Of a DNA stretch of 64,000 nucleotides, positions 1-13,269 are shown piece by piece. Position 1 is the first letter of the stretch. Every line of letters begins with the position of its first letter. The notes below the pieces were generated by a model. It was not told the DNA's origin. It made no database searches and worked only from the letters and a program-made list of their open reading frames with translations. Location: the NCBI RefSeq assembly GCF_006345805.1, contig NC_043014.1, forward strand, positions 15,562,001-15,626,000. The letters are read 5' to 3'. Both the position numbers and the translations under genes were made by a program. This DNA is from Octopus sinensis. Lineage: Eukaryota.

Positions 1-77
1 TGTAGTAGTTCTCTTTTTCAGACAGGACTATATTATCCATAGTGCCATTACTTTTCTTATATGCTTAAGGTTTAAAG

Positions 78-704
78 CAGTGGTTCCCAAACTTTTTCAG
101 GCTGCTGCCCCCTTGACACCCAGACCACATTCCTAGCGCCCCCACCCAAACTAACCATCACAAACATAGATCTCTTTCTGAAGCAAATTCAAAGCAACTG
201 CATTTCACAAATAATCTTAACCCAATGAACCCATTGAGGAGGTGCAATGGCCCAGTGGTTAGGGCAGTAGACTCGCAGTCGGAGGATCGCAGTTTCGATT
301 CCCAGGCCGGGCGTTGTGTGTGTTTATTAAGTGAAAGCACCTAAAGCACAACACGGCTCCAACAGGGGGTGGTGGCGACTCCTGTTGTACTCCTTCACCC
401 CAACTTTCTCTTACTCTTTCTTCCTGTTTCTTGAGTAACACTACGATGGACTGGTGTACCGTCCAGCTGGGGGGAACACATACACCATAGAAACTGGAAA
501 ACCGGGCCCATGAGCCTGGCTAGACTTGAAAAGGGTGCATAAATAAATAATAAAAATGAACCCATTATTTTGTTGTTGCTACATGAATCACTCCCCCATT
601 ATTGCCCCACTTTTTATATGAATCGCTACCCCATTATCACCTCACTTTTCTTCAATGCACCCTTAGAACTTTCCATGCAATGCTGCCCACTTTGGGAACA
701 GCTA
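78..704. mobile_element. Non-autonomous hAT (Charlie-like) element/MITE carrying a nested SINE
   Basis: Left TIR CAGTGGTTCCCAAA at 78; degenerate right TIR TTTGGGAACAGCTA ending 704; exact 8-bp TSD GTTTAAAG at 70-77 and 705-712. Confidence 0.8.
236..554 (+). mobile_element. tRNA-derived SINE (family D) inserted into the hAT MITE
   Basis: A-box TGGCCCAGTGG, B-box-like GTTTCGATTCCC, A-rich tail, 12-bp TSD AATGAACCCATT (224-235 / 555-566). Confidence 0.85.
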
Positions 705-807
705 GTTTAAAGTACAGATGTTTTGCTGCTATTTCTAGCAGATTGAGCAACAAGCATGAGGCTCCCTCTTTGTCTCATGCTATTTGTCAGTTGTTATGGA
801 GGCTACA

Positions 808-1237
808 TCATCATCATCATTGTTCGACCGTGGTCGAGACAATGGAATTTACTATGTTACGCCAGACTTCACGGTCCATCATAGCATTATGGTTGGATGG
901 CGCTTCCACGAGAGATTTTGAGCTCTCATAAGGAGGCGAGTGTAGGTTCCATCCAACCGCCTCTCAAGCTTCTTTGATAATGTCCAGGTTTCTGAGCCAT
1001 ATAGTAGAATTGGTTCGACTGTGGCTTTGAATATTTCAAGTTTGAAGTCTCTACTTAGATTTGATGACCAGATCTTATGCATGTCATTATAGGCTGACCA
1101 AACCATACCCTTTCTAGTTAGAAAATCTTTTCCAGATGATGATATGTATGACCCAAGATATTTATAATCAGAAACCATATTTAAAGGCGCACTGTTGAGA
1201 GTGTGGATGATGCAATCACTGTTGGACAGGCACTTGT
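808..1237 (-). mobile_element. 5'-truncated, internally deleted RTE-clade (RTE-X-like) LINE: RT C-terminal fragment joined to the extreme 3' end
   Basis: Minus frame reads ...YKYLGSYISS...FKATVEPILLYGSETWTLSKKLERRLDGTYTRLLMRAQNLSWKRHPT, then jumps (frame change) to NAMMDREVWRNIVNSIVSTTVEQ* and a (TGA)n tail; 14-bp TSD TTATGGAGGCTACA at 794-807 and 1238-1251. Confidence 0.85.
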
Positions 1238-1348
1238 TTATGGAGGCTACAGATGGTTGAGTGGATAGGGTAACAAAGAGCTAGCCCAAAGTCGACGGTT
1301 CATATCCTATTATCAGTACTGTATTATGTCTATGGTCAAAATATTTAA

Positions 1349-1530
1349 CTCTTTTGATACCAATCTGCCCAAATCAGCCCCTGGTTTTATAGTACAAACT
1401 TTGTTTTAAATTAACACCTCCTATTATAATTTCTTGTTAACTTATCTTCCAAACACCTGCTTATTAGCATCAGAGTTATTTTACTAAATACTTCATTATT
1501 TCCAAAATTAATTGAAATAGAGACAGTTCT
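1349..1530. mobile_element. Partial TTAA-flanked (piggyBac-like) MITE
   Basis: TTAA at 1345-1348 followed by a body that recurs near 47440-47620 and, inverted, near 30150-30235. Confidence 0.4.
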
Positions 1531-1770
1531 GTATTTTCCTGCATAAAAGTCAAATTTTTCAGACAAAAATTTACAGCCAAAAAAATGACAGGTCAACTTA
1601 TATATCAAGACAACTTTGGATTCCATAAGTTGTCTTGATTCCATAAAGATTCCATAAGAAATGCAGCAGGTTTTGGAAACATAGGGACAACATTTGGATG
1701 TTCACACTAAATTTATACTTTTTATACTATATTAACTTGTACACTGAAAAATATGGTATATCTTGACTGA

Positions 1771-2030
1771 AATGGTATGGTCTCGGGTTTGTGTTTCAAA
1801 CGATTTAGGTTCAATTCCAGTGGCTTTCAGTGTTGTTTTGAGTTGGTCCTTATATTATTGAAGAGGGTAGCCCCATGGTCTTTTTCTTGAAGTGAGCCCA
1901 CTGAATAAGACTTGGCATGGAAGTTTTAACTCTTCCATTCTTGTTATGTGTCCTGCAGCAAGAAGACGGTGTTTCATGATCAGTGATTTGATATTTTGAC
2001 TGTTGGCTCTTTCCAGGACTTTGTATGCTC
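1771..2030 (-). mobile_element. Decayed RTE (BovB-like) LINE C-terminal fragment
   Basis: Minus strand with one frameshift: VLERANSQNIKSLIMKHRLLAAGHITRMEELKLPCQVLFSGL.../YKDQLKTTLKATGIEPKSFETQTRDH, matching the RTE pattern LRWAGHV.RM...RLP...L...YKD.LK..LK. Confidence 0.7.
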
Positions 2031-2440
2031 ATTTTATAACCACATGGTTTCAGGTTCAGTCACACCTCATGACACCTTGGGCAAATGTCTTCTGTTATTG
2101 ACTTGTGCTTTATTTTAGCAATCCTGAAAGGATGACCAGTACAGATAACATTGGTGGGATTTGAACTCAGAATGAAAACAGCAAAAACAAAAGCTGCAAT
2201 GCATTTTACCAGGTGCTTTAAGAATCCTGCCAATTCAGTACGCTTCTTAAAAAAAAAGATTTCTGTGACTTGATATGAATTCAGTAAACAAGGCTGCTAA
2301 TGAGCTATTTACTCAGAAGTGTCTGTTCAATGTACAAGGTTAACTTCATTACATAATACTACTACTACTACTACTAATAATAATAATAATAACAATATTA
2401 ATAATAACAACAACAATGATAATAATAATAATAAATGATA

Positions 2441-2655
2441 TCAAAACTATCCAAATATCAAAGTCTGGAAATATAGATAATCAGAGTGCAGGGAATTGAA
2501 ACTGGAAACAATCCTGATAATAACAAGTACCCTGGGATTGATAAAAAGAAGATGCAGACAAAATCTACCCAAAATGACAGGACTGACACACAAACACAAC
2601 ATAAAAGAAATATTATTAGAAGTGTGAGGTACTCCACATATATTTTAAGGTACTG
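2441..2655 (+). mobile_element. Decayed C-terminus of a restriction-like-endonuclease non-LTR element (R4/Dong-like)
   Basis: KLSKYQSLEI*I.R / LKLETILII..LGLIK / ...GTPHIF with frameshifts, resembling KY.DL.IE..R.W.LK...IP.I.GALG.I...LGT.HIL; directly follows an (AAT)n tract (2356-2435). Confidence 0.6.
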
Positions 2656-2820
2656 TACATAGATATTATTATGTTATGGCACTGTATGTATATATTATTG
2701 TTATGTAAGGCAGTGCCAATAGAACAGAAAGTAAACAAAGAGACATGCACCCAATGCACTTCAGAGTTGCATAAGGTGTGGCTGCAGGGAAAGCATCCAG
2801 CCAAAAGATTAGGCCATAGG

Positions 2821-3200
2821 AAGAAGTAGGGGAGTGGGGAGAGGAACAGGAGGTGGAGGAGGAAGAACAGAAGAGGAAGAGAAACAGGAGGAAAGGAGGA
2901 GGCAGAAAAGGAGAAGAGGAAGGGGAGGAGGAAGAAAAGATGGATAAGAAAAGAAGTAGGAGGAGGTGGTGGAGGATGAGGCTGATGATGATGATGATGA
3001 GGAGGAGGAGGAGGAAGAAAAGGTGGATAAGAAAAGAAGTAGGAGGAGGTGGTGGAGGATGAGGATGATTATGATGATGATGAGGAGGAGGAGGAGGAGG
3101 AGGAAGAGGAGGAAGAAGAGGAGGAGAAGAAGAAGAAGAAGAAGAAAAAGAAGAAGAAGAAGAAGAAGAAGAAGAAGAATGCAACAACAGCAACAACAAC
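2821..3200. repeat. Purine-rich compound microsatellite (GAG/GAA/GAT) with an internal ~65-bp duplication
   Basis: Direct inspection; the block ATGGATAAGAAAAGAAGTAGGAGGAGGTGGTGGAGGATGAGG occurs twice. Confidence 0.9.
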
Positions 3201-4750
3201 TAAATGATTTCTAATTTCAGCAAAAGACCAGAGTTTGTTTGTCAAGAGCAGGACTTGCTAGTCATGTAAAATCTCATGACAAATATTTATTAATTGAGGA
3301 GATGGCCTTCTTCTGTAAAGAAGTGACAATCATCATATATGTATATAGATATATAGATATATACATACACACACATACATATATAAATACATAACAGCCA
3401 CATGTGTATATGTAAACAAACTTACATCTGTTTTTATTAGAAGTGTCGAAGGTGAAATTCTTGAATGCAGCATTGCTGTTAAAACAGCAGAAATAATGGA
3501 TAATATTACCCGTATATAGACGTATGCATATTTTTGTGTTTGTGCTTGACTCCACTACCACTTGACAACTGGTGTTGGTTTGTTTACATCCAAGTGACCT
3601 AGCAGTTCAGCAAAAGATACTTATAGAATAAGTACCAGACTTAAAATAAGTATAGGAGTTGATTTGTTGAACTAAAATCCTTTAAGGCTGTGCCCCAGGG
3701 TAGACCTCACCTGGAGGGGGTAAAATTCATTTCAGGACGTACTGGTCAGTCTTGATGAAGCAGATCCAAGACCAAAGACTTTCTGGTCATCACTGTCCTA
3801 CTTTTATTTACATCTAGAATGAAGATTTGGTCCAATGTGTCCTTTTTGCTTTCAAACAGTAAAGTGAGGTTTGAGGGATGTTTGGTTGCTATATCTAGCA
3901 AGTCAAGTGACCATGGAGAGGCTCCATTGTTAACCCAGTATTAAAAAAAAATGTTTCTTAGTTTGGTGTGCAAAGCAGTGTATTACAGTGTATAGAGTCA
4001 ACAAGAATTTAATGTAAAGGGACATTAAAAGGGACAGTGTGCCGTACTGACACATTAAACTCCTTAACATGGAAGGTAATATATCATCTGACAGAAGGAG
4101 GAATAATTTCTTTCACACGGCTGTTTGCAAACAAGAAAACAAAATAAAATAAAAATAAAAAAGATAAAATAGTAAAAATAAAGGAAAAAAAAAAAGCCTT
4201 GACTAAAACTGACAAATTTCAATGGGAAATTCAAAAGTCTGCAAATAATTCAATTTTGTTGGTGCAAATAATTCAATTTTGTTGGTGGTAAGTTGTGGAA
4301 AACCAAAGTCATGTTAAGAACTTAGATTCTGTTATTAATTAGGCAATATACTTCATGGTAAATCTCTTTCCTCCTATCTTTCCATCAAAATAAAAAAAAA
4401 AAGGCTCTTTTATGACATGCTATGATATTATTACAGCTTTCATAAAACAACTTCAAAATTGGTTTCCTTTGACCTACCTCCTCCCCCCCCCCCGTCTCTT
4501 CCATCCACCTCACCATTTCCAACTTCAACCAACATGACAAATTGATAAATAATTATAATATATATTCTCTAATCTAACAGTCTCCATCATCATCATCATC
4601 ATCATCATCATTATCATCATCATCATCAACATCATCATCACCATCATGATCATCGTCATTGTCGTCGTTGCTGCCACTACTGCCACCGCCTTTGTTGTCA
4701 TCATCACCATCATCGTCGTTGTCGTCATCATCGTCATCATCATCATCATT

Positions 4751-4960
4751 AAGGTGGTGAGCTGGTAGAATTGTTAGCACGCTGAACAAAATACTTAGCA
4801 GTATTTTGCCTGTTGCTACGTTTTGAGTTCAAATTCCACCAAGGTTGACTTTACCATTCATCCTTTTGGGGTCGATAAATTAAGTACCAGTTGAACATTG
4901 GAATTGATGTAATCGCCTCATCCCCTTCCCCAAAATTGCTGTTCTTGTGGCTAAATTTGA
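4751..4960 (+). mobile_element. SINE family B (tRNA-like head plus GACTTTGCCTTTCATCCTTTCGGGGTCGATAAA core)
   Basis: Same consensus at ~5661, 5908, 8780, 10610(-), 23043(-), 43290(-), 45578(-), 47624, 51275, 53830(-), 57737 and 62590(-); B-box GAGTTCAAATTC; the core resembles the Meta/Sauria-type SINE central domain (from memory). Confidence 0.85.
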
Positions 4961-4977
4961 AACTATAATAATTGTTG

Positions 4978-5030
<53 letters not shown>

Positions 5031-5585
5031 GAGTGAGAGAGCAGTTCATGCCATCAAAGTGACACTGGGGTAAAATATACGAAGCCCAATATACCCATCA
5101 TGACTACCTGTCTGATAAAGGTACACCAGGCACATGCATCACAACCATATGTGCGCGACATGGTGATCTCATATCAAGATAAACAGCACATGACCTTGCA
5201 GGTGGGGCCCAGTTAGAATTTTCTTCAGGTTGAGTAGCCCATCCCACTCAAACGGTCCCTGAATAAGGGTTGTTTAAGGACGTTGAAAAAACCACTCATG
5301 TTTCCAGAGGTGAATTATTCAAACCCCAAAGAATCCCTCTCAACACATGGCTATGATGCTCCCCCAATACTTCTGCTCGTGATCAGAGATGCACATATCG
5401 TCAGCCACTAAGGGACATGCTCAACTGGTTAAGGTCAAACAACTGACAAGCAAATCTGTGGTATTGAGCAGAATATTTGCTGTAGCCCATCTTTTATACC
5501 AAGACAAAACAATGTACATGATAACACTTCCAATCAGTTAAGATCAGAAGCCATGAGAGCCACTGCCTGGTACTGCATCAGGGCA

Positions 5586-5588
<3 letters not shown>
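5031..5588. mobile_element. ~560-bp unclassified interspersed element inserted within a (TTA)n microsatellite
   Basis: Complex-sequence block flanked on both sides by long (TTA)n tracts (4980-5030 and 5589-5660); no ORF. Confidence 0.55.
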
Positions 5589-5647
<59 letters not shown>

Positions 5648-6723
5648 TATTATTATTATTAAGGTGGTGACCTGGCAGAATCATTAGCATGCCAGGCAAA
5701 ATGGTTAATGGTATTTCATCTGCTGCTACATTCTGAGTTCAAATTTTGCCAAGATTGACTTTGCCTTTCATCCTTTCGGGGTTGATAAATTAAGTACCAA
5801 TCAGGTACTGGGGTCGATGTGATCAACTTACACCCTACCCCAAAATTTCAGGCTTTGTACCTAAAGTAGAAAAGATTATTATTATTATTATTGTTATCAT
5901 TATTACTAAGGTAGCAAGCTGGCAGAATTGTTAACACGCCAGCAAAATGCTTAGTAACAGTTCTTCTGTATTTACATTCTGAGTTCAAATTTCACTGAGG
6001 ATGACCTTGCCTTTCATCAATTCAGGATCAATAAAATAAGTACCAGTTGAGCACTGGAGTCGATGTAATCAATTAGCATCCTCTCTAAATATTCAGGCCT
6101 TGTGCCTAAAGTAGAAAGGATTATTGCTGTTGTTTTTCTTTTTACATTATTTTATAGTAAATTTTATTTGACTTTAATTTAATAAAATAAATTGGGTTTT
6201 AATAAGGTATTAAAATGAGGTGGGGGTGGCGTTAAGAAAGTAAGTTAACAATGAAGTTTGGTGACATTTGGGTTATTAATAGAAAATGGTAAGCCCCAAA
6301 ACCCCCACCACCATCATTGACAGCATATCAGGACAATTAGCCCCCCGAGGACAATTACACACCCCCCCCCGTAGTACAACCGGCCCCCCCAATGATAACT
6401 ACCCCCCTAGGAAATTACTCCCTGGGTTAATTACCTCCTCTCCAATATATTAAGAAGTTTGAAATCACCATTTGTTGTCCTCAGGGGTAAATTGTAAGTT
6501 TTTCCTGTTCTTTTACTCCTTTATTCTTTTATTGTTTCAGTCATTTGACTGCAGCCAAGCTGGAGCACTGCCTTTTAGTCGAACAAAACTGTAAACCTAG
6601 TACTAAAAATATATATAGACATGTATGTATCTTTGTAGTTGTGCTTCCATCCACCATCACCACCACTACCACCATATCTATCTATCTATCTGTCTGTCTG
6701 TCTGTGTGTCCATCCATCCATCC

Positions 6724-7000
6724 ATCAGTGGTTAGAGCGTTGAGCTTACGATCGTGAGGTTGTGAGTTTGAATCCCGCATCGGGCTGCGTGTTGTGTTCT
6801 TGAGCAAGACACTTTATTTCATGTTGCTCCAGTTCACTCAGCTGTAGAAATGAGTTGCAACGTCACAGGTGGCATGGAGAGGGGAGGTCGGTATGCATGG
6901 ACGACTGCTGGTCTTTCATAAACAACCTTGCCTGGACTTGTGCCTGGGAGGGTAACTTTCTAGGTGCAATCCCATGGTCAGTCATGACCGAAGGGGGTAT
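6724..7000 (+). mobile_element. tRNA-headed SINE (family D, long form)
   Basis: CAGTGGTTAGAGCG...GAGTTTGAATCCC head; the body recurs inverted at ~54120-54330. Confidence 0.7.
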
Positions 7001-7007
7001 CAATATG

Positions 7008-7126
<119 letters not shown>

Positions 7127-8341
7127 TATATACTCAACAAAGGAAGATACATGGCATAGTGGTTAGGATGTTGGACTCATGATTGTAAGATTGCAGTTTC
7201 GATTCCTGGACTGGGCAACATATTGTGTTCTTGAGCAACACACTTCCTTTCACATTACTCCAGTCCATCCAGCTGGCAGCAATGAGTAATCCTGCAATGG
7301 ACTGGCAGCCTACCCAGGCGAGAATATATATGCCACAGGAAACTGGCCCTACAAATCTGTATAACTCAGGAAGGATCTTCATCTTCCATTTATACTTTAG
7401 GCTTCTACACAGTTTCCATCAACTAAATTCACTCACAAGGCAGATGTCAGCCCAAGGCTATAGAAGACAACATTTGTCTAAGGTGCTATGCAGTGGGACT
7501 GAACCTGATATCATGTGGTTATAAAGCGAGCCCCTTAACCATAAATCCAAGCCTGCACCAATAGAATGTTTATAATCCTGCAATTACGTTGTTTTTACAT
7601 GACTAAAATGGTTCTCCTATGATGTAATCACTACAGTTTCAGATTGAGTCACTTGTTCGACAAACACAGCTCCAGAAGCAATAATATTTATTTCTTCAGA
7701 GAACTAAGAGCTAGCAGGGTTGGAGCACCTGACAAAAATGCCATGCAACATATATCTTTTACATGTCTACAATCTTGATTCAAGGCCCACAAATATTGGC
7801 AGCTTGCCTATTGAAAGGATTAAAAAATTTTTTTTTTTAATCAGAGTAGTGGAGACATGAAAAAAAAACCTGAACTAGAAAAAGGTAAAATAGATTGTTT
7901 ATAAAGTAATACCTCTGAGGTAATATATTTTCACATGCTTGTGTTTTTTTTCTGTTTTAAGTAATTTAAGAAATATAAATTAGATTAACTAAATGAAACC
8001 AAATGCAATAGACCTGCAGTTAAAAACATCTAATTAAGGTAGTAGAATAAAGAATTAGTGGAAATGTTGGTGTTAATTTTACTAAATCTCTAGTTTAGAT
8101 TAATTTTCTCAGATGACTAAACTGTACTAAGTTTCATCAAGGCAAAAGAAGAAAAAAAAGAAAAAAGGGAATAAAAAAAATTTTTTAATTTAAAAAATTT
8201 ACTTTTATCTTTTTGGCAAATAATTCTAACTGCCACCACCAAGAGAAAATATATATATTTACAGATATACTATTCACATATGTATACACATATAATACAA
8301 TATAAATATTTATATATATATATATACACACACACTCACAA

Positions 8342-8372
<31 letters not shown>

Positions 8373-9011
8373 CATCATGTACATATATGCATACATATAT
8401 GTACATACTTACATATATATGAATATTCATATGCATATATGGGTACAGGACGTCATAAAACGTAAACAACATGAAATATGATAACACAGAATACAAATTT
8501 ATTTTTGCAAACAACAGAAGAAACAAATGGAAAACAAGACAAAGAACGACCCTTCATCAGTTGTTGGCTGTTTATCTACTCCACATTTCGAGCAATTATA
8601 ACAAGATACTTGTTTTCACTGTCCTGTTTTTGTTACCAACTTTGACCCTCCACAAATCCCAAATTTTATTTTACTTTGTGGGACCAACTGTTTTATTATT
8701 ATATCATATAATAATATCATGTAATATCATATAATATATCATATAATTATATCATTGTTTATATTATTATATCATATTAAACTGGCGAGCTAGCAGAATT
8801 GTTAGCATGCCAAACGAAATGCTTAGCGGTATTTTGTCTGCCGTTAGGTTCTGAGTTCGAATTCCACCAAGATCAACTTTGCCCTTCATCCTTTCAGGCT
8901 CAATAAAATTAGTACCAGTTATGTACTGGGGTTGATGTAATTGACTTAATCCCTTCCCCCAAAATTTGAAGCCTTGTGCTTCCAATAGAAAGGATTTATT
9001 CGAGTTGAAAA

Positions 9012-9487
9012 AGTGTGACCCACTGACACACACATTTATTATATTAGATATGTTTAATTTTGGGGAAACTATTTCAATTAAAGTGTATTTTATTTATATG
9101 TGTGTGTGTATGTATTAAAGAAAGCAAAAAATGAAACAAAAGTGATAGTGTTCAGTATGTTGGCGACAGGAATTTCTATCAAAGAGACATAGTTAAACAA
9201 AGTTGTACATCATCTCCTTCTTTCTCTCACATACCCACTCTTTCTTTCTCTCTTATTATTACTCCTACAGCCACCATCAACACTACTTTTAATAAAACAT
9301 CATCAACTCTCCCTAAACTTCTCTCTGTCTGTCTTTGCCACCACCCATACCATCTCTATTCCTACTATTATTCTCACTCCATCATGAGGATCAGTAGGAG
9401 TATCATTGAATAGTGAGAGAGGGGTGGGGTCTAAGTGTGACACACTGACACACAAAAATGAGTTTTCGCATTTATTATATTAGATAT
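9012..9487 (+). mobile_element. Putative non-autonomous Helitron/Helentron-like element with a duplicated 3' end
   Basis: Terminal motif AAGTGTGAC.CACTGACACACA...CATTTATTATATTAGAT occurs at ~9012-9050 and ~9433-9487; it resembles HINE-type 3' ends (TTTCGCATTTATNATATTAG). Confidence 0.35.
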
Positions 9488-9889
9488 ATATACACACATG
9501 CACACTTACACACATACACACATATATATATACATACACACACACACACTAATACATATACATATACACACACATATATATATGATATATATATATATAC
9601 ATACATATATATATATATGTACACATACATACACACACACACACACATTCTCTCTGTCAGCCTTGCTCATTTCAGTTTTGTTGAACTGATTTTTGTAACC
9701 AATTTTCTTAACCAACCTAAAGCATTTACCTGCAATTTTACAACCTTTCATTTCAAAGCCTTTCCAACCTTCCAGAAGAAACTTCCTTCGCATGCAAGCA
9801 AGGCAGTCAAAAACGTATATAAAAAGTAAATCTCTTTATGTCTGGAAATATAAAATATTACAAATGTTATGAATACTGTAGGTCTGTAA

Positions 9890-10060
9890 AATGAAGTTTA
9901 TAAATGAGTCTGGTTCAGCAGAAGGTGGGCTTTTTAATAGTTTTCTGAAATTCGACAGCGAAAAAATGTTTTTTAGCTCTTGTGGTAAAATATTATTCCA
10001 TATGTTATAAATAAAGCTATTTTGATAACTTGATACTCAACAAAAGGGCATTTCAAAATC
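9890..10060 (-). mobile_element. Decayed CR1/L2-type LINE ORF2 C-terminus
   Basis: Minus strand YQNSFIYNIWNNILPQELKNIFSLSNFRKLLKS fits the SF..R....WN.LP..LK...SL..FK..LK terminus. Confidence 0.55.
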
Positions 10061-11627
10061 CAGCATCACGGAGGAAGAACTTTATTGCAAGGTACCTTCA
10101 ATAACAACCATACATCAACAAAATTAAGGAGTGTTGGTCATTGTTGGAAGTGCAAAGATGAGGTGGGTAGTACATCAGTTTTAGCTATGGAAGCCTGTTC
10201 ATGGCTATGACAAAGGATACGGATGAAGACCCTACTTTATGCACACCAGCTGATTTGGTGGAAGTCACTGGAATAAAACAGGGAAACCTATTTGCTTCTA
10301 TGGACAGTTGTGTTTCTTGTTTATTCCTAATTCCATCGATCTGTTAATCATTTACTGTAATAGTAACCATAGAAATATTAAATCACTGAACCAATGACAG
10401 CATTTCCATGTGGTTGCATGACCTATTAGAAATAATAGCTGTCCTAAAACAAAGAAAAAAACACACTGGATAATGCGATCCAAGATACTCATAAAAGGAT
10501 GGAATGGTCATAATTGGAATGCCTTTAGTCATAGGTTTATTTGAACAGGATTGACATGAGATTGGGCAACAATAACATAAATATTAGTAATAAATTTTGG
10601 CACAGGTCCAGCAATTTCGGGGAAGGGACTAAGTTGATTACATCAACCCCAGTACTCAACTGTTAATTATTTTATCAACCCCAAAAGGATGAAATGTAAA
10701 GTGGTGGAATTTGAACTCAGAATGGAAAGATAGACAAAATACCCACTAAACATTTTACTCAGCATGCTAACAATTTTGCCAGCTCACTAACTTAGATATT
10801 GAAACAGCAGATGTTTCATTATTCTAGTTCAGATCAAACAATTAATTAGTTACATCAAAATTTTAAAATTGGATTATTGATGAATAAAATGCCTCATGGT
10901 GTTAAGTTGGATAAGGTCTGTCGCCAGAAAAGCATTAAAATGAGACAAATTTTATGGATCTACTGCAGGCATTTTTGATCTCCATCTGTTATGCCACCAA
11001 AGTACCAGCCATTAGCCTCAGCATGCTATCCTTAATGATATCATCAAACATAGTGGGACATGTTGTCACTTGTCAGGAGCATTTAAGTTTGCATGAGGAA
11101 TAAAAGAAGAAAGAGGCAGCTATGCACAATGTTTTACCCTTCAAATTACTCTTCCCACCCAGAAGCAGTTGTGGAGACCAATTTTATATCAGAACAAAAA
11201 CCAGATCAGAAGGAATGTAAATGTTCTGCAATAGTTCCAACCTTGTAAACAAAAATGGTAGAGGAACTTTTATCTCGAAAGGACAAAAGGCAATGTTGGC
11301 CTCAGCAGGATTTCAACTCAGGTCATAGGGAGTCAAACATGAACACCACAAGGCAATATGATTGATGCTCTACTGAGCCAATCAACTTACTGCTTTGTTT
11401 CTAAAATATAAGATATAATTTTTATGGAACATTATACACAGGTGTGGCTATGTGGTAAGAAGTTTGCTTCCCAACCACATGGCTCAGAGTTCAGTCCCAT
11501 TGCATGGCACCTGCATCTTGGCAAGTGTTTCTACTATAGACCAAAGCCTTGTGAGTGGATTTGGCACATGGAAAATGAAAGTAACCTGTCATATATATAT
11601 ATATATGTGTGTGTGTGTGTTTGTGTA

Positions 11628-11671
<44 letters not shown>

Positions 11672-11673
11672 AT

Positions 11674-11704
<31 letters not shown>

Positions 11705-12179
11705 CACATACATAAATGTGGCCATTCATCATGTTGAACCATTAATCCCTACACATTTTCTTTCTCTCTTCATTTTTTCATTCTCTCTCCTTATTTTCCT
11801 CTCAATCCTTTCTGTCAAAGAGCATAGGCTCAAAACATCAAAGACTTTTCTATTCAAACCAACTACAGTTGTCAAATGGTGATGGGAGACAAATATAAAC
11901 ACACACACATACACACATACATACATACGTACATACATACATACATACAGGCATACGTAATACTTACATACATACACACACATACATATATATATATGTA
12001 TATGTATACATACAACAGGCTTCTTTTACGGGTTATAATGGAAGATACTTTCCCAAGGTGCTATCAAGTGGGAATGAACCTGAAACCATGTAGTTGGGAA
12101 GCAAGCTTCTTACCTCACAGCCACATCTGTGCTTATATATACATATGTATATATGTGTGTGTGTATATATGTGTGTGTA

Positions 12180-12222
<43 letters not shown>

Positions 12223-13269
12223 ATATATATGTATACATGTGTATATATATATGTACATTCACACACACATGTATGCATGCGTATATATGTATGTATGTAT
12301 GTATATACATATATATATAAAATAATAATAATAATGATAATAATAATAATAATGATTAATAATAGGGAGTATAAATCCAAACTTACAGGGAAAAATTCAA
12401 TTTAGTATTAAATCAAATTTCACAATATAAATATATATATATAAATTAGAGAAAAACCACTATTATGCAATTCAAACAATGATAGACATAAATCATACCA
12501 TATAGAAAAAATATAATATACGATAAAACATTTACCTAGATCACAATAAAGTACATAATAATAAATAAACAGTATATAATTAGTAAATAGACTATGTATG
12601 CTTTGTGGCTATATCTTCAATTCGAATTACAATTAAATTTAAATTTAATCGATCCAAAAACAATTCAATTTGAAAATACAGTCACTCTTCAGGTCAACAA
12701 TAATAACAATAATAGTTAAATACATATTTTTAATAAATAACCAAACAGAATTAAACAATATTTCTTAAAGAAATAAAAACATGATTCTTCTTATAGAAGA
12801 AATTCTATTAACTAAATTTTAAACTTAAAAAGTAGGACCAAGTGTTTATAATAAATTTATCACGTTAAAAACCTAATGTAAAAAAAATAGAGTAAATAGA
12901 TAGAAATATGTATTTTATCTGTGAAGATATATTTTAGCTTTGAGAATAATCTAAAGTAAATATAGTATATCGTTACTGGAAAAATATAAGAGTCCAATTG
13001 ATTAAAATAAAAATACTTAAGATACATCATATATTTAATTTAAGCTAAATTACTATAATTTAATTTATATTCATTAGTTAATTAAATTATATATTTATTT
13101 ATTAATTAAATAAACATCTAATTTGATATGATTCTAACTATGTACTAAACCCTATACAAACATGTGTAGACTTATAATATGTAATATGTTCTATATCAAC
13201 AACACTGCAGCCACAACCCTGAAATAGTATTTTGTATATATTTCAAAAATATACTCACAAATAATTTAA

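Noticed and set aside
4085-4120. Minus-strand terminal exon (RVKEIIPPSVR*)
   Set aside because: Plausible acceptor, but no linked upstream exons and no recognisable protein.
8535-8600. CTGATGAAGGG motif (also at ~58086) as a hammerhead
   Set aside because: No downstream helix II closure or GAAA in these copies; the upstream GAAA does not give a closed helix I.
10188-10290. Plus-strand exon YGSLFMAMTKDTDEDPTLCTPADLVEVTGIKQ
   Set aside because: No GT donor at the end of the open stretch and no homology I recognise.
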